Shown: positions 40,944-52,394 of the stretch, piece by piece
Numbering within the stretch: the first letter of the stretch is position 1
Layout of the letters: each line of letters begins with the position of its first letter
DNA from: Candidatus Marinacidobacterales bacterium
Lineage (GTDB): Bacteria; Acidobacteriota; Vicinamibacteria; Marinacidobacterales; DATDRI01
NCBI GenBank assembly: GCA_965219415.1
Contig: OZ244742.1
Location: 1,248,001 to 1,312,000, forward strand
Direction of reading: 5' to 3'
Length of the DNA stretch: 64,000 nucleotides
Notes under the pieces: model-generated
Databases searched by the model: none
The model's input: the letters and a program-made list of their open reading frames with translations, nothing else
What the model was told of the DNA's origin: nothing
Translations under genes and position numbers: made by a program

Positions 40944-43637
40944 CTAAACCTCGCCCTTCCGGATCCTGGGGGTGAGAAAAATCAGGAGTTCCTGGTTCTC
41001 GTCCTGTTTCTGAGTCGTTTTGAACAGATTGCCCAGGATTGGAATCTTATATAGCAAGGGCACGAATTGTTCGGCGACACTTTGGTTGTTGACGAAGACG
41101 CCGCCGATGACGGTCGTTGATCCATCCGCAACCAGAACTTGGGTCGTTGCGGACTGAGTGATGATGCTCGGAATTCCGTTCACCGAACGACCGAAGTCGG
41201 CGGTGTCATTATTGAGCTCGATGTCGAGAATGACGGTATCCGACGAGGTGATTTGCGGCGTAACCAGTAGCTCTAGTACCGCGTCCTTGAAGGTCACGGT
41301 CACCGTGTTGTTGGCCACGACCTGCACCGGGAAGGTCAAGCCTTGTTTGATCTCGGCGGGCTTGTTGTTCTGCGTGATGATCTTGGGCGACGAGATGATC
41401 CGCACTTGACCTCTCGACTCGGCTGCTGCCAGCGCAACATCAATGCTGAAGGCTCCGGAGATGCTTCCCAACGCGAGCCCGATGGCACCGGTGGGCGCGA
41501 TGGGTATTGGTAGATTCACCGCATAACCTCGTTGAGCTTCGTCGGCGCCGACCACCGGGGATAGAACGCCGGGGTTTCGTGAAGCCGGAGCACGGAACTC
41601 TTGGTCCACTTGGGAGCCTATGGACTGCCCATCGAGCAAGACCGAGTTAGGGAAGGTCAGCTCGTTGCTGTTCCCGAACGCCGCGTCAGAATGCCCGGTG
41701 AATCCCCACTGGATTCCCAAGTTGCGGGTAAATATCCGAGTTGTCACGACGACGCGGGCCGCGATCTCGACACCGGGGATAGGCGCATCCAGGGTATCGA
41801 TGAGGCTATCGATGGTATCGAGACGCTCGGCAAGGTCGGTGATGATAAGGGTGTTGGTCCGTGCGTCGATGGCGATGTCGCCGCGAGCGGAAAGGTTCCG
41901 CTGCACCAGGCCCTGCACGTCAGCCGCCTTCGCGTACGAGAGCTCGCGGAGCATGGTGCTAAGTTCTCCCGCCAAGGCCTGTTCCTCGGCCAATCGGCGT
42001 CGGTCCGCTTCCTCCTGGGCCAGCTCGGTGAGCGGAGCGATACGGATGACGTTTCCCTCCACGACGTAGCCCAGTCGATGCGCCTTAAGGATGAGATCCA
42101 GCGACTGATCCCACGGAACCTCCGTGAGCACCAGGGTGATCCTCCCGGTAACGCCCGGCTGAACGACGATGTTGAGCCCACTAATATCTGCGAACAGACG
42201 AAAGATGTCTTGGATGTCACCGTCTTTGAAATCCAAGCTGATGAGCTCTCCGGTGTATTTCGTCTGATCTCCGCCGATGGTGGTCCTCTGCAGTACACGC
42301 TGACCGGGAGCATCCGCGTCGCCAGCAGTGGGTGGTTCTTGGAACGGCGGTTCGGGCAGTCCCGGCATGGGAGCAGCGAGCCCGCTATCGGGTGCCCCCT
42401 GAGCGGGGCTTAGGCTCTGCGCCACCACCGCCACCGGTTTCATAGAGGCGACCGGCGAGCTCGACGCGTCGAAACCGTAACTCGTAAACTCGCCCGTTGC
42501 ATCCCGGTCACCGCTCCCGACCATGGTGATCTGAACGGTGCCCTCCGACTCGGGCAGAGGGCCGAGGGCGGCGAGGCGGTCGGCGGAGTTCGAGAAGTAA
42601 ATCTTGAGGTCGTTCCCTTCGGAGACGGCTCGATGGAGAATGTCGGATTCGAGATCAAACACGATGCGAGTGATCTTCGGGTTGGCACTCTGAAACTGCG
42701 CCACCCGCACTCGATAAACTCCTACCGCATCGATGGGTATTCGCCCGGTCTCCACGCGGTTCAGCGTTCCCGCGAAGTCGAACACCAGGCGGCTCGGATC
42801 GTCCAACCGGAAGCTTGTGTAGTTCAACCAGCCATCGGCTTGAACGGACACGGCCAGGACCCCTTCGGAAATCGAGTGTGATACGGCGTCGATAAAGGCA
42901 GCCGGCCTCGTCGGTTTGGGAGGTTGAACGTAACTGGGAGCGCTCGGGGCTGCCGACGGGACTTTCGTCGACTCTGGCATCGACTCCGGCTGGTCTTGTT
43001 GAGGAAGCTCACTACTGGTCACCCGCTGTCGCTCGATCGCGACATCTGAAGCGCCTTCGTTGGCGGGCGCTTCGTTTACAGGGGGGACCTGCGCGGCGTT
43101 CTCGGAAGAGGTGGAAGGGGTGGAAGGCGACTCGGTCAGGTCAGTTAGTGGCGTCCGCTCTCCAGATTCCTCACCGGCGATATTCACAGGTCCCGACTCG
43201 GCAGGCGATTCCGCACCCTCGAAGAGAATTGTGAGGGCGTGCTCGCCCGCCGAAATCTGGTAAGGAACGAGGGAGCCCAATTTGACCTCGATTCGGGAAA
43301 GGCTCTTGCCGCTCGAGCCGTCCAAGCGAGTAGCACTAATGGACTCGACTTCCTGACTCCCGACGACGGTGTGCTCTGCTATCGCCGTGATATCGGTGCC
43401 AGGTAGATCGATGACCAGCGTCAGCGGGTCAGGGCTGTAGTGGGTGTAGAACAGCGCGCCGCTCGTCTCGAACCACACTCGAGTACGCGCCGGCTCGACG
43501 TGATAGCGGACGGCGCGAATCGCCGTCTCGCTCACCCCGAGTGGGGCGCCGCCCTGGGCCGCCACGACTGACAGACCCAACAAGACGATCACGGGAGCCA
43601 GGATCGCTGCCCGAACAATTGACCAACGTTTCATCAT
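40944..43637 (-). CDS. pilQ: Type IV pilus secretin with AMIN domains
   Basis: DPLTLVIDL and DPSRLVFDF (AMIN), ISLDFKD, VPWDQ, DARTNTLI, and ELLIFLTPRI. Confidence 0.94.
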   Translation of the reverse strand: MMKRWSIVRAAILAPVIVLLGLSVVAAQGGAPLGVSETAIRAVRYHVEPARTRVWFETSGALFYTHYSPDPLTLVIDLPGTDITAIAEHTVVGSQEVESISATRLDGSSGKSLSRIEVKLGSLVPYQISAGEHALTILFEGAESPAESGPVNIAGEESGERTPLTDLTESPSTPSTSSENAAQVPPVNEAPANEGASDVAIERQRVTSSELPQQDQPESMPESTKVPSAAPSAPSYVQPPKPTRPAAFIDAVSHSISEGVLAVSVQADGWLNYTSFRLDDPSRLVFDFAGTLNRVETGRIPIDAVGVYRVRVAQFQSANPKITRIVFDLESDILHRAVSEGNDLKIYFSNSADRLAALGPLPESEGTVQITMVGSGDRDATGEFTSYGFDASSSPVASMKPVAVVAQSLSPAQGAPDSGLAAPMPGLPEPPFQEPPTAGDADAPGQRVLQRTTIGGDQTKYTGELISLDFKDGDIQDIFRLFADISGLNIVVQPGVTGRITLVLTEVPWDQSLDLILKAHRLGYVVEGNVIRIAPLTELAQEEADRRRLAEEQALAGELSTMLRELSYAKAADVQGLVQRNLSARGDIAIDARTNTLIITDLAERLDTIDSLIDTLDAPIPGVEIAARVVVTTRIFTRNLGIQWGFTGHSDAAFGNSNELTFPNSVLLDGQSIGSQVDQEFRAPASRNPGVLSPVVGADEAQRGYAVNLPIPIAPTGAIGLALGSISGAFSIDVALAAAESRGQVRIISSPKIITQNNKPAEIKQGLTFPVQVVANNTVTVTFKDAVLELLVTPQITSSDTVILDIELNNDTADFGRSVNGIPSIITQSATTQVLVADGSTTVIGGVFVNNQSVAEQFVPLLYKIPILGNLFKTTQKQDENQELLIFLTPRIRKGEV

Positions 43638-44188
43638 TGCCCCTCCTCCACCGGATGGAGCCATTTTTCGAGTCTTTGGAATTTCTCTATTCGCAAGGGG
43701 TCGTTGATTTCCTGGCGGAAAACAACTTTTTGGGAATCAATCGATTCGATCATACCGTCGTGCATTCGTACCCCTTCCCGGGCAAAGTAGCTCTTGTTGT
43801 CAGTACCCTGGATCATGGCGATGTAGCCTTCCGATGTCTTGACAAGACCCCGCAAGCTCACTTCCTGAATGAGCATGCTGCTCAGCCCGGGTGGTCTGGG
43901 TGCACCATCTGAGATGTTCAATCCCAATGCGAGACTGATGAAGGGGTCCCTTCGGCCGCGAGCGTCGTAACTGAAGCCTGTTCCCTCTACGAGTTGTATC
44001 TCGTCTGGGACGATAGGCACCGCTTGACCGACACCTTCTCCTCCGTCTTGAGACTCTTGCGTCTGCTCTCCTTCACCACCCTCTTCTTGAGCGTGGACCC
44101 CCGAGACACTCGTCACGAAGACCATCACCAAGATGATGCTCGTCGCGCAAAAAACCCTAAAGGGTCTCAAGAACTTTTCAGACCGCAT
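43634..44188 (-). CDS. pilP: Pilus alignment protein PilP
   Basis: YDARGRRDPF motif; position between pilO and pilQ. Confidence 0.8.
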   Translation of the reverse strand: MRSEKFLRPFRVFCATSIILVMVFVTSVSGVHAQEEGGEGEQTQESQDGGEGVGQAVPIVPDEIQLVEGTGFSYDARGRRDPFISLALGLNISDGAPRPPGLSSMLIQEVSLRGLVKTSEGYIAMIQGTDNKSYFAREGVRMHDGMIESIDSQKVVFRQEINDPLRIEKFQRLEKWLHPVEEGQ

Positions 44189-44213
44189 GGCTTCCTGCTC
44201 CCTTAAGCCCGAC

Positions 44214-44819
44214 TCAGCGTCGCTTCCGACCCTTCTTCGCTTTCGACGGCGGAGGCGCTTTCCTCTCGATGAAAACGAAGGTCGTGGCGATGCATGTGGC
44301 TCGAATCGTCGACGAACTTGTCGGACTCTTCTGCGTGGTGATCTTCAGGTTGCTAACGTTCACTATTCGAGACAGCTTGCTCAGGCGGTCGAAGAAGTAG
44401 GCAAGGTTGTGATACGTCCCGTTCAAGTCCAGACTGATGGGCCATTTCGCGTAGAAATCGACGGGCTGCGTCGCTTCCGGCTTGAACCGAAGGACATTCA
44501 GGTTTGATTGGGCGGCGAGTGCCTGCACTTTCCGAAGAAGGTCATCCACCTCTTTGCTGTCGGGGAGAATCCGCGAAAGCGTTTGCAGCTGTGCTTCGCG
44601 CCTCTCAACTTCCCGCTTGAATTCAGGAAGTTTGGCGGCGGTGAGTTTGCCGCTTTCGACCTCGTCGGAAAGGGCTTGGCGTTCTTGCTCTTTCTTCACG
44701 ATGTCTTCCTGCATGCCGCTATAAACGAGATAGTGGAAGGCGCCGTAGAACGCTGCTCCCAGAACGACGAAAAGGGCTAGCTGAGCACCGAAGGACATCT
44801 TTCCCATATCGAGAGCCAT
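44214..44819 (-). CDS. pilO: Pilus alignment protein PilO
   Basis: N-terminal TM, LPDSKEV..LL and GTYHNLAYFF..LSRIVN. Confidence 0.9.
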   Translation of the reverse strand: MALDMGKMSFGAQLALFVVLGAAFYGAFHYLVYSGMQEDIVKKEQERQALSDEVESGKLTAAKLPEFKREVERREAQLQTLSRILPDSKEVDDLLRKVQALAAQSNLNVLRFKPEATQPVDFYAKWPISLDLNGTYHNLAYFFDRLSKLSRIVNVSNLKITTQKSPTSSSTIRATCIATTFVFIERKAPPPSKAKKGRKRR

Positions 44820-44884
44820 GGCTATTCTCCCCCCACCTGGAACCGCCGGCAGCTGCCAGCTGGTCGTCCGGGGCTCCGGGAGCC

Positions 44885-44934
44885 TTAGGGATGACCACTT
44901 GGGCGCGTATTAGGGATGACCACTTGGGCGCGTA
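44885..44934. repeat. Exact 25-bp tandem duplication (TTAGGGATGACCACTTGGGCGCGTA)x2
   Basis: Read directly at 44885-44909 and 44910-44934. Confidence 0.93.
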
Positions 44935-45499
44935 ATTGGAAAGTGGTGAACTCCGCCTTGTCCTGCTTGGCGTCGATGAGCTCGACGTTTCGAAAGTAGT
45001 CGGTGTCCTCGAGCTTACGGATGTAGTCGGCGATACTCACGTAAGAAGCCGCCATCCCGTTCACCGCAACGCCTCTGCCGGTCTGAGTCAGGTTAGTCAA
45101 CCAGATGAAGTCCGGGAGCTGAGCGGAGAGCTCGTCCAGCATGCGGACCGGCCCCTGCCGTTCGCTCATGAGGCGTTGAATGAGCTCTTCCTTCTCCTTG
45201 AGCTCCTTCAACTGCTTCTGATACTCGTTGACTTGGGTGATGATCGTTGCCAGCCGAGCTTTTTCTTGGTTGAGAGAGGCGATGTCCTCATCCAACTTAG
45301 AGAGTTCTTGCTGGGCCGACCACCACTGATAGCCGATAAACGCGAGGGACCCTCCCAAGACCACGATGGCCAGGAGAAGACCACTCTTTTCCGAAGGCTC
45401 AGAGGGAATTCCCGGTTCAGGTCCCGGCCCACCACCGCCTCCAAAAATTCCTCCCCGCGCGGCCGGCTCTTTCGATCCTAAAAGGTTGACCTTGATCAC
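44885..45499 (-). CDS. pilN: Pilus alignment protein PilN (C-terminus altered by a 25-bp duplication)
   Basis: MIKVNLL motif, TM, coiled coil and LPDFIWL. Confidence 0.9.
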   Translation of the reverse strand: MIKVNLLGSKEPAARGGIFGGGGGPGPEPGIPSEPSEKSGLLLAIVVLGGSLAFIGYQWWSAQQELSKLDEDIASLNQEKARLATIITQVNEYQKQLKELKEKEELIQRLMSERQGPVRMLDELSAQLPDFIWLTNLTQTGRGVAVNGMAASYVSIADYIRKLEDTDYFRNVELIDAKQDKAEFTTFQLRAQVVIPNTRPSGHP

Positions 45500-46554
45500 T
45501 ACTCACCCGGCTTTCTCAGAGCCAGCCCGACCGCGATGGCACAAGCGGGCCCCACTTCTTGGAGATACTCTGCATCGAAATCTTTCGGGCTGTAGCTGAC
45601 GCTCTGAAACGGATCGAACAGCTCGACTCGCGTGTCGAACCGCTCCCCCATTTTGTCCTGCAAGCCGACAACCCTTGCACTTCCTCCGCTCAAAACGATG
45701 AGATCGATGCGATCCTCCGACGTTGTGGCCTTGAAAAAATCAAACGTCTTCTGGATCTCCATTAACACGGTTTCTGTGACCTGGTCGATGATGGGCATCA
45801 CCGAATCCATTCCCTGCCCACCCTGCCCTGTTTTGAGATTTTCAGCCTGCTCGAAACTGACGCTTAGGTCCTTCTGGATGGCATCGGTGTACTGATTGCC
45901 CCCGACGGTGGTGATGTCGCGGGTAAAGACTGAGCTGTCGCCCTTGATAGCATTGATGTTGGCCTGACTGGCGCCGATATTCACCAGGGCCACGATGCGG
46001 CCGGGCCCGGCGCCGTAGTTCACGTCGTACGCGTTCTGGAGAGCGAAGGAATCGATATCCATCACCACCGGGTTTCGACCCGCCTGGTTGATGACGCTCA
46101 TATAGTCGTTGATTTTGTCCTTCTTCGCGGCCACGAGGAGGATGTCCATATTCCCGCCGGCGGCGCCTGGATCCAGAACTTGGTAGTCGAGGTTGACGTC
46201 TTGGATGTCGAAGGGGATATACTGCTCGGCCTCCCAGTGGATGGACTCTGCCAGCTCTTGCTCGGTCATACTCGGGAGCTGTATCTTCTTTACAATCACG
46301 GAATTACCGCTAATGGCCGTCGCCACTTCTTGGGTCTTGATCTTGTATTCGGTGAAGAGACGATGGATGGCATCGATCACGGTCGTCGAGTCCATGATTT
46401 GGCCATCCACGATGGCCTCGGGAGGGAGGTACTCGATGCCCACGTTGGCTAGCTCCCACGTGTCCCCCTTGGCAGGTTTGACCTCGACCGCCTTGATAGA
46501 GCTCGATCCGATGTCCAACCCTACGAGGTTTTTCTTCTTGCCGAACAGAGCCAC
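45499..46554 (-). CDS. pilM: Actin-like pilus protein PilM
   Basis: VGLDIGSSSIK, EAEQYIPF, LSGGSA and AVGLALR. Confidence 0.94.
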   Translation of the reverse strand: MALFGKKKNLVGLDIGSSSIKAVEVKPAKGDTWELANVGIEYLPPEAIVDGQIMDSTTVIDAIHRLFTEYKIKTQEVATAISGNSVIVKKIQLPSMTEQELAESIHWEAEQYIPFDIQDVNLDYQVLDPGAAGGNMDILLVAAKKDKINDYMSVINQAGRNPVVMDIDSFALQNAYDVNYGAGPGRIVALVNIGASQANINAIKGDSSVFTRDITTVGGNQYTDAIQKDLSVSFEQAENLKTGQGGQGMDSVMPIIDQVTETVLMEIQKTFDFFKATTSEDRIDLIVLSGGSARVVGLQDKMGERFDTRVELFDPFQSVSYSPKDFDAEYLQEVGPACAIAVGLALRKPGE

Positions 46555-46624
46555 AGGTCCGTCTCCCCGCTAACTCATCCCGATTTGATGAAGACTTACT
46601 GGAAGAAAGTTAAAGTACTGGTTG

Positions 46625-46654
46625 AGGCTACAGCATAAAGATTCTATCTGTCAA
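46625..46654 (-). promoter_or_regulatory. Sigma-70 promoter of pilMNOPQ
   Basis: Minus strand TTGACA-18 bp-TAGCCT with TG extension and an upstream T-tract. Confidence 0.5.
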
Positions 46655-46863
46655 GAAAAAAAATCCTTCTAAAGTGAGCTTGGGCTTTGGGTAGCATTAT
46701 GAAGCATGTTGGGCAATTCGTCAAGGGTTTCATGGGGCAGGGCCCCCGTGGGGAGACCCCCACTGGCTTTTCGGCACCCCGCCCTGGACTCCGACCGGTT
46801 CCCGGGGGGGTGAGCCGAATCACCGGAAACCCGCGGAAACCAACGGCCTGGCCTGCTTTTTCC

Positions 46864-46892
46864 TTGACACCATCGCCAAGGACAGTTAGATT
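46864..46892 (+). promoter_or_regulatory. Sigma-70 promoter of rplM-rpsI-rpsB
   Basis: TTGACA-17 bp-TAGATT. Confidence 0.65.
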
Positions 46893-46981
46893 GGCGGATT
46901 GCCGTCCCGAGGCATCGAAACCCAGGATGGCTTTCGCTTTCCGCTGAAACCGGTAGGCCCGGGCGGAGCTGGAACTTGGAA

Positions 46982-47431
46982 ATGTCCACACCATTCGTCA
47001 AGAAAGCCGACATCGAGCGCCACTGGTATGTCGTGGATGCCGAGGGCCAAATCCTAGGACGGCTGGCGAGCCGCATCGCCAGAATCCTGACCGGTAAGGA
47101 CAAGCCAATCTACGCCCCGTTTCTGGACACCGGCGATCACGTCATCGTCATCAACGCCGAGCGAGTTCGACTCACCGGCTCCAAGGAGACCGGGAAACAC
47201 TATTACCGTCACTCCGGACACCCAGGGGGAATTCGGGAGCAACGGGCCGAGGAGGTCCGCGCCAAGCATCCGGAGAGGCTCGTCGAGGCAGCGGTCCGAG
47301 GAATGCTTCCCAAGAACAAATTGGGCCGCGCCCAGTATCGAAAGCTAAAGGTCTACGCCGGACCGGAACATCCGCACGAAGCACAGCAGCCTAAGCCACT
47401 CGAAGCCGGGGCGGCCTCCCGAGCCAGCTAA
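46982..47431 (+). CDS. rplM: 50S ribosomal protein L13
   Basis: [29 protein letters not shown] and HPHEAQQP. Confidence 0.97.
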   Translation: MSTPFVKKADIERHWYVVDAEGQILGRLASRIARILTGKDKPIYAPFLDTGDHVIVINAERVRLTGSKETGKHYYRHSGHPGGIREQRAEEVRAKHPERLVEAAVRGMLPKNKLGRAQYRKLKVYAGPEHPHEAQQPKPLEAGAASRAS

Positions 47432-47468
47432 ACCACTAAAACAAAACCGGATATAAAGCCAAAACACT

Positions 47469-47870
47469 TTGACAACTACCAACAAGATTCAATACTACGG
47501 AACCGGGAAGAGGAAGACCTCCGTAGCCCGAGTTTTTCTGCGCCCAGGCAAAGGACAAATTCTGGTCAACGGACGTCCTATCGAGGACTACTTCCCCAGC
47601 GACACTCACAAAATGGTCGTCAAGCAGCCGCTTCAGCTCACGGAGTCGGCGGACCAGTTCGACGTCCACGCCAAGCTTCGCGGTGGAGGACTCACGGGGC
47701 AGGCCTGGGCCTTGCGGCTCGGCATGAGCCGCGCGTTGTGCGACTTCAACCAGGAACTCCGCGGGAAGCTGAAGGCGGCGGGTTTTCTCACTCGGGATGC
47801 GCGCATCAAGGAGCGCAAGAAGTATGGCCAGCCGGGTGCCCGCAAGCGGTTTCAGTATTCCAAGCGTTAG
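47469..47870 (+). CDS. rpsI: 30S ribosomal protein S9
   Basis: [20 protein letters not shown] and [19 protein letters not shown]. Confidence 0.97.
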   Translation: MTTTNKIQYYGTGKRKTSVARVFLRPGKGQILVNGRPIEDYFPSDTHKMVVKQPLQLTESADQFDVHAKLRGGGLTGQAWALRLGMSRALCDFNQELRGKLKAAGFLTRDARIKERKKYGQPGARKRFQYSKR

Positions 47871-47881
47871 GGAGGATCTTT

Positions 47882-48718
47882 TTGGCGTCAACTTCGGTAA
47901 CGATGAAAGAGCTGCTGGAGGCGGGGGTCCACTTCGGCCATCAGACTAAGAGGTGGAACCCGAAAATGAAGGAATTCATATTCGGGGAACGAAACGGAAT
48001 TTATATCGTCGACCTTCAAAAAACGCTCAAACTCTTTAGAGAAGCCCTGAAGTTCGGGACCCAGCTCGGCGCCGACGGCAAGACCGTCCTCTTTGTTGGC
48101 ACCAAGCGCCAGGCTCAGGACGTCGTCGCCGAAGAGGCCGCCCGCGCCGAAATGTTTTTCGTCAACCAACGCTGGTTGGGTGGACTCCTCACGAATTTCG
48201 TTACCGTTCAGAAGAGCGTCGCGCGGCTGCGAGAACTGAACGCAATGGCCACCGAGGGCCGCTTCGACGAACTGTCGAAGAAAGAGGTTTCCCGTCTCGA
48301 GAAGGAACGGCGGCGACTGGAGAAGAATCTGCGTGGAATCCAACATATGGACCGGCTGCCGGACGCGGTTTTCGTGATTGACTCGAACCGCGAGGCGATT
48401 GCAGTCCACGAAGCCCGTAAGCTCGGGATTCCAGTGATCGCCATTGTCGACACCAACTGCGACCCGGAGCAGGTCGACCATGTGATCCCGGGGAACGATG
48501 ATGCGCTCCGCGCCATCAAGCTTTTCACGTCGCGGTTGGCTGATGCCATCATCGACGGCCGCCAGATGCGGGAGAGCCTACTACCGCCCCTGCCATCTAA
48601 AGAAGGTTCCGGCGAAGACGTGGAGCCTTCTGAAACCCCTGAAACCAAAGAGACGGCCCAAGGTGGGGAGCCAGGTGCGGGACCACAACAGCCCGCTCAA
48701 GTTCTTCCCCCCGCTTAG
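47882..48718 (+). CDS. rpsB: 30S ribosomal protein S2
   Basis: [34 protein letters not shown] and PGNDD; TTG start after GGAGG. Confidence 0.96.
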   Translation: MASTSVTMKELLEAGVHFGHQTKRWNPKMKEFIFGERNGIYIVDLQKTLKLFREALKFGTQLGADGKTVLFVGTKRQAQDVVAEEAARAEMFFVNQRWLGGLLTNFVTVQKSVARLRELNAMATEGRFDELSKKEVSRLEKERRRLEKNLRGIQHMDRLPDAVFVIDSNREAIAVHEARKLGIPVIAIVDTNCDPEQVDHVIPGNDDALRAIKLFTSRLADAIIDGRQMRESLLPPLPSKEGSGEDVEPSETPETKETAQGGEPGAGPQQPAQVLPPA

Positions 48719-48848
48719 TCAAGAACTTCCTAGCTCCTTCTCCCCTTGGGCGTCAAAATAGGGCACAGTGCTATCAACGTGGCCAGACGCCGGTCGTCGC
48801 CGCTTCGCTAATCCCCCGCCACGCGGACGCCCGCAGGTCATTATTTGG

Positions 48849-50233
48849 GGGTTTACGCGGATTCGTGTGGGTAAGTTCTGACGGAAAAACAGTGTAACTC
48901 ATTGTGTGGAAAAGGTATCGAGTACTTCATCAGGTGCTGAAAAGTGGTCCATTTTTAGGATAGGCTAACCGAGTGAAAAATTCCCAGTCGATCCGCTCGC
49001 TGTTTGCGCTGCCAGGTTTCGTGGTTGGTGCCGGATTGAAGGGTCTATTCGGTGACCGATACGCCCGCGTCATCCAGCTCAAGAGGCGAAAAAAACAGCT
49101 GTGTGCTCTTACTGTGGGCAACGGTGCCGGGGGCGCTATGACAAGCAAGTGTGCCGGGTCCGCGACCTGTCGTTGGCAGGCTGGCGGATCTATCTGGAAT
49201 ACGAGCGTTGGCGCGTCAACTGTTCTGGGTGCGGCGGTGTGCATGTAGAACACCTAGACTGGCTGGCGAACAACTCGCGCTACACCCAGCGTTTTGCGAC
49301 GCATGTAGGCAAGCTGTGCCGGGATATGCCGAACAAGGCGGTGGCCGAGATGGAACGTCTGCACCACGGTACGGTGAAGGCTCTGGATACGCTCTACATG
49401 CAAGAGCAGGTCGACCGGGCGGGGCTACCGGCGCCTCGGGCCATCGGTGTCGATGAGATCTCCATCCGCAAGGGACATAACTATCGCGTCATTGTCAGCG
49501 ACCTGGAGCGGGCGCGTCCCATCTGGGTGGGCGGTGAGGGTCGCAAAGAAACCGACATCGATTTGTTCTTCAAGGCGCTGGGCGGAAAGAAAAGCGCCCG
49601 TATCAAGCTGGCCGCCATGGATATGTGGAAGCCCTTCCGGAACTCGGTGATTCACAACGCGCCTAATGCGCGGATCATCTTCGACAAGTTTCATATCATG
49701 CGTCATCTGTCAAAGGCCCTCGATGAGGTCCGGCGCGGTGAGTACAAACGCCTCAGCGGCAAGGACCGGTCGTACATCAAGGGGCAGCGTTACACTTTGC
49801 TTTCCCGGCGGGAGAACCTGAGCCTAGACGGTCGCCGCGCACTCAAAAAGTTGCTCCAGGCCAACCGGCGCCTGAACACCGCCTATATTTTGAAGGAGGC
49901 CTTCGGGCAACTCTGGGATTACCGCACCGAACGCGGCGCTCGCGCCTTTTTCACCCGTTGGAAAGACAGCCTCAAATGGCAACGCCTGCATCCGTACCAG
50001 AAGTTCGCCGGTATGATTGAGTCCCATTGGGATGGTATCGCCTCCTACTGTCATCCGGAGAACAAAGTCAGTCTCGGCCTAGTTGAAGGGGTCAACAACA
50101 AAATCCGTGTTCTGCAACGACGCGCCTACGGCTATCGCCGACGAGGAATATCTCAAGCTGAAGATCGTGGCGGCTTTCCTTCCGCTATTACCCAGAAATG
50201 CAGTTTTCAACCCACACGAATCCGCGTAGACCC
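48849..50233 (+). mobile_element. ISL3-family insertion sequence, copy B, between rpsB and tsf
   Basis: Same IRs as copy A; 8-bp TSD TTATTTGG at 48841-48848 and 50234-50241. Confidence 0.95.
48973..50229 (+). CDS. ISL3 transposase copy B (-1 frameshift site conserved; extra C near 50138 alters the C-terminus)
   Basis: Nearly identical to 1702-2957; TATCGCCGAC here versus TATCGCGAC in copy A. Confidence 0.85.
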
Positions 50234-50365
50234 TTATTTGGTAAAGCTTGGGGCGCGGCCCCATGCCTCCGCAACTTTCTGTTTCAGCCTGGGCACGCTT
50301 CATGGGATGATGGGCGCCGGCGAGCGCTAGAAGCACCCGCAATTGGGAGAAAGTAGGCCTGAGAA

Positions 50366-50974
50366 TTGAGCAACGTATCCGCTTCCGAAGTAAAAAACCT
50401 GAGACAGAAGACCGGCGCAGGTCTCATGGAGTGCAAGAAGGCCTTGGTCGAGGCCGACGGTGATGTGGACCAAGCGGTCACCATCCTCCGCAAGCGAGGT
50501 CAGGCGGCCGCCGAAAAGAAGGCCGGCCGTGCAACCTCAGAGGGGCTCATCGGCTCCTACATTCACGGAGGCAAGATCGGGGTCCTCATCGAGGTCAACT
50601 GCGAGACCGACTTCGTCGCCAAAACACCGCAATTCCAAGACCTGGTCAAGGATTTGGCGATGCAAGTCGCAGCGGCTAGCCCGGCCCCGGCACGGTTCGT
50701 ACGTCGCGAAGACGTGCCCGAAGAGGTCCTGGCTAAAGAACGAGAGATCCTGAAGAGCCAGGCAGAAGCCTCGGGCAAACCGCCCGAAGTAGTCGACAAG
50801 ATCGTCGAGGGAAAACTGGGCAAGTTCTACGCGGAAGTGGTTCTTTTGGAGCAGCCGTTCATCAAGAACCCGGACACCACGGTCCAGGAGCACGTCACGT
50901 CCGCGATCGCAGTTCTCAAAGAGAACATCCAGGTGCGCCGCTTCCAACGGTTCGAGCGCGGCGAGCCCGTCTAG
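50366..50974 (+). CDS. tsf: Elongation factor Ts (short form)
   Basis: [16 protein letters not shown] and [10 protein letters not shown]. Confidence 0.96.
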   Translation: MSNVSASEVKNLRQKTGAGLMECKKALVEADGDVDQAVTILRKRGQAAAEKKAGRATSEGLIGSYIHGGKIGVLIEVNCETDFVAKTPQFQDLVKDLAMQVAAASPAPARFVRREDVPEEVLAKEREILKSQAEASGKPPEVVDKIVEGKLGKFYAEVVLLEQPFIKNPDTTVQEHVTSAIAVLKENIQVRRFQRFERGEPV

Positions 50975-51020
50975 GGTTCGACGCGGGCGCTCTTACCGAA
51001 GAGGTCAGCCGGACACGGAG

Positions 51021-51743
51021 ATGCCGACGAAGAAGCCGGTCTACGAACGCATTCTGATCAAGCTTTCCGGCGAAGCCCTGATGGGCGGGCAGGCATTCGG
51101 CATCGATCCCCAGGTGTTCGACGTCATGGCGCGGGAGATCCAAGAAGTGCAGTCGTTGGGGGTGCAGACTTCGGCGGTGATCGGTGGAGGGAACATCTTC
51201 CGTGGAATGGCGCCCGCCGCTCGAGGGATGGATCGAGTCGCGGCGGATCACATGGGGATGTTGGCAACCGTCATCAACGCCCTCGCCCTGCAAGACGCCC
51301 TCGAGAAACTGGGCACCCACACGCGTGTCTTGTCCGCCATCGAGATGCGTGAAGTCGCCGAGCCATTCATTCGCCGCCGGGCCATTAGGCATCTAGAGAA
51401 GGGCCGAGTCGTCATCTTCGCCGCCGGCACCGGCAACCCTTACTTCTCCACCGATACCGCCGCGGCGCTGCGCGCCATGGAAATCAAGGCGGAGATCATC
51501 CTTAAGGGTACTAAGGTTGCGGGGATTTACTCGGCCGACCCAGAGAAGGAGAAAGACGCGACGCGGTTCGACACCATCACCTACCTCGAGGTCATCGAGA
51601 AGGGTCTCAAAGTCATGGATACCACCGCCATATCCTTATGTATGGACAACCGTCTTCCGCTCATCGTGTTCGACGTGAGAAAGCCGGGCAATATGAAGCG
51701 AGTCGTCTGCGGCGAGAAGATCGGAACAATGGTCCGCAGCTGA
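51021..51743 (+). CDS. pyrH: UMP kinase
   Basis: [15 protein letters not shown] and [11 protein letters not shown]. Confidence 0.97.
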   Translation: MPTKKPVYERILIKLSGEALMGGQAFGIDPQVFDVMAREIQEVQSLGVQTSAVIGGGNIFRGMAPAARGMDRVAADHMGMLATVINALALQDALEKLGTHTRVLSAIEMREVAEPFIRRRAIRHLEKGRVVIFAAGTGNPYFSTDTAAALRAMEIKAEIILKGTKVAGIYSADPEKEKDATRFDTITYLEVIEKGLKVMDTTAISLCMDNRLPLIVFDVRKPGNMKRVVCGEKIGTMVRS

Positions 51744-51788
51744 GCCGAGGGAAAAGCGGCTCCGCAGGTTCCCAAGGAGGTCAGCGCC

Positions 51789-52346
51789 ATGTCAAAGAAA
51801 ATTATCGACGACGCGAAACGGCGCATGGACTCATCCCTCGACGTGCTCAAGAAAGAGCTGGTGGCGATTCGAACCGGCCGCGCCTCGCTTGCCATCCTGG
51901 ATGGTGTCACGGTGGATTACTACGGAACTCAGACTCCCCTAAATCAGGTCGCCAATCTTGCGGTGCCAGAAGGGAACCTGATTACGGTGCAGCCGTGGGA
52001 GCCGGCCCTACTAGCGGAGATCGAAAAGGCTATCTTGTCTTCCGAGCTAGATCTCAATCCGGCCAACGATGGAAAGCTCCTCCGGATTCCCATCCCTCCT
52101 CTCACAGAGGAACGACGTAGGATCCTCGTGAAACACGTCGGCAAGGTCGCCGAAGAAACCCGGACCGCCATCCGACAGGTTCGTCGGGATGCCAATGATC
52201 ACTTGAAGAAGCTCCTCAAGGAGAAGGAGCTCTCGGAAGACGAGGAGAAGCGTGCACTGAAACAAGTGCAGGACCTTACCGACCAGCACATTAAGATAGT
52301 CGATGAGCTCGCGACGAAGAAGGAAGAAGAGCTCATGACGGTCTAG
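51789..52346 (+). CDS. frr: Ribosome recycling factor
   Basis: IRTGRAS, VDYYG..TPLNQ and PPLTEERR. Confidence 0.97.
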   Translation: MSKKIIDDAKRRMDSSLDVLKKELVAIRTGRASLAILDGVTVDYYGTQTPLNQVANLAVPEGNLITVQPWEPALLAEIEKAILSSELDLNPANDGKLLRIPIPPLTEERRRILVKHVGKVAEETRTAIRQVRRDANDHLKKLLKEKELSEDEEKRALKQVQDLTDQHIKIVDELATKKEEELMTV

Positions 52347-52394
52347 AAACGACGCGCCAAGAACCCTTTCCGCAAGAAACCGTCCTTTCTCGAC

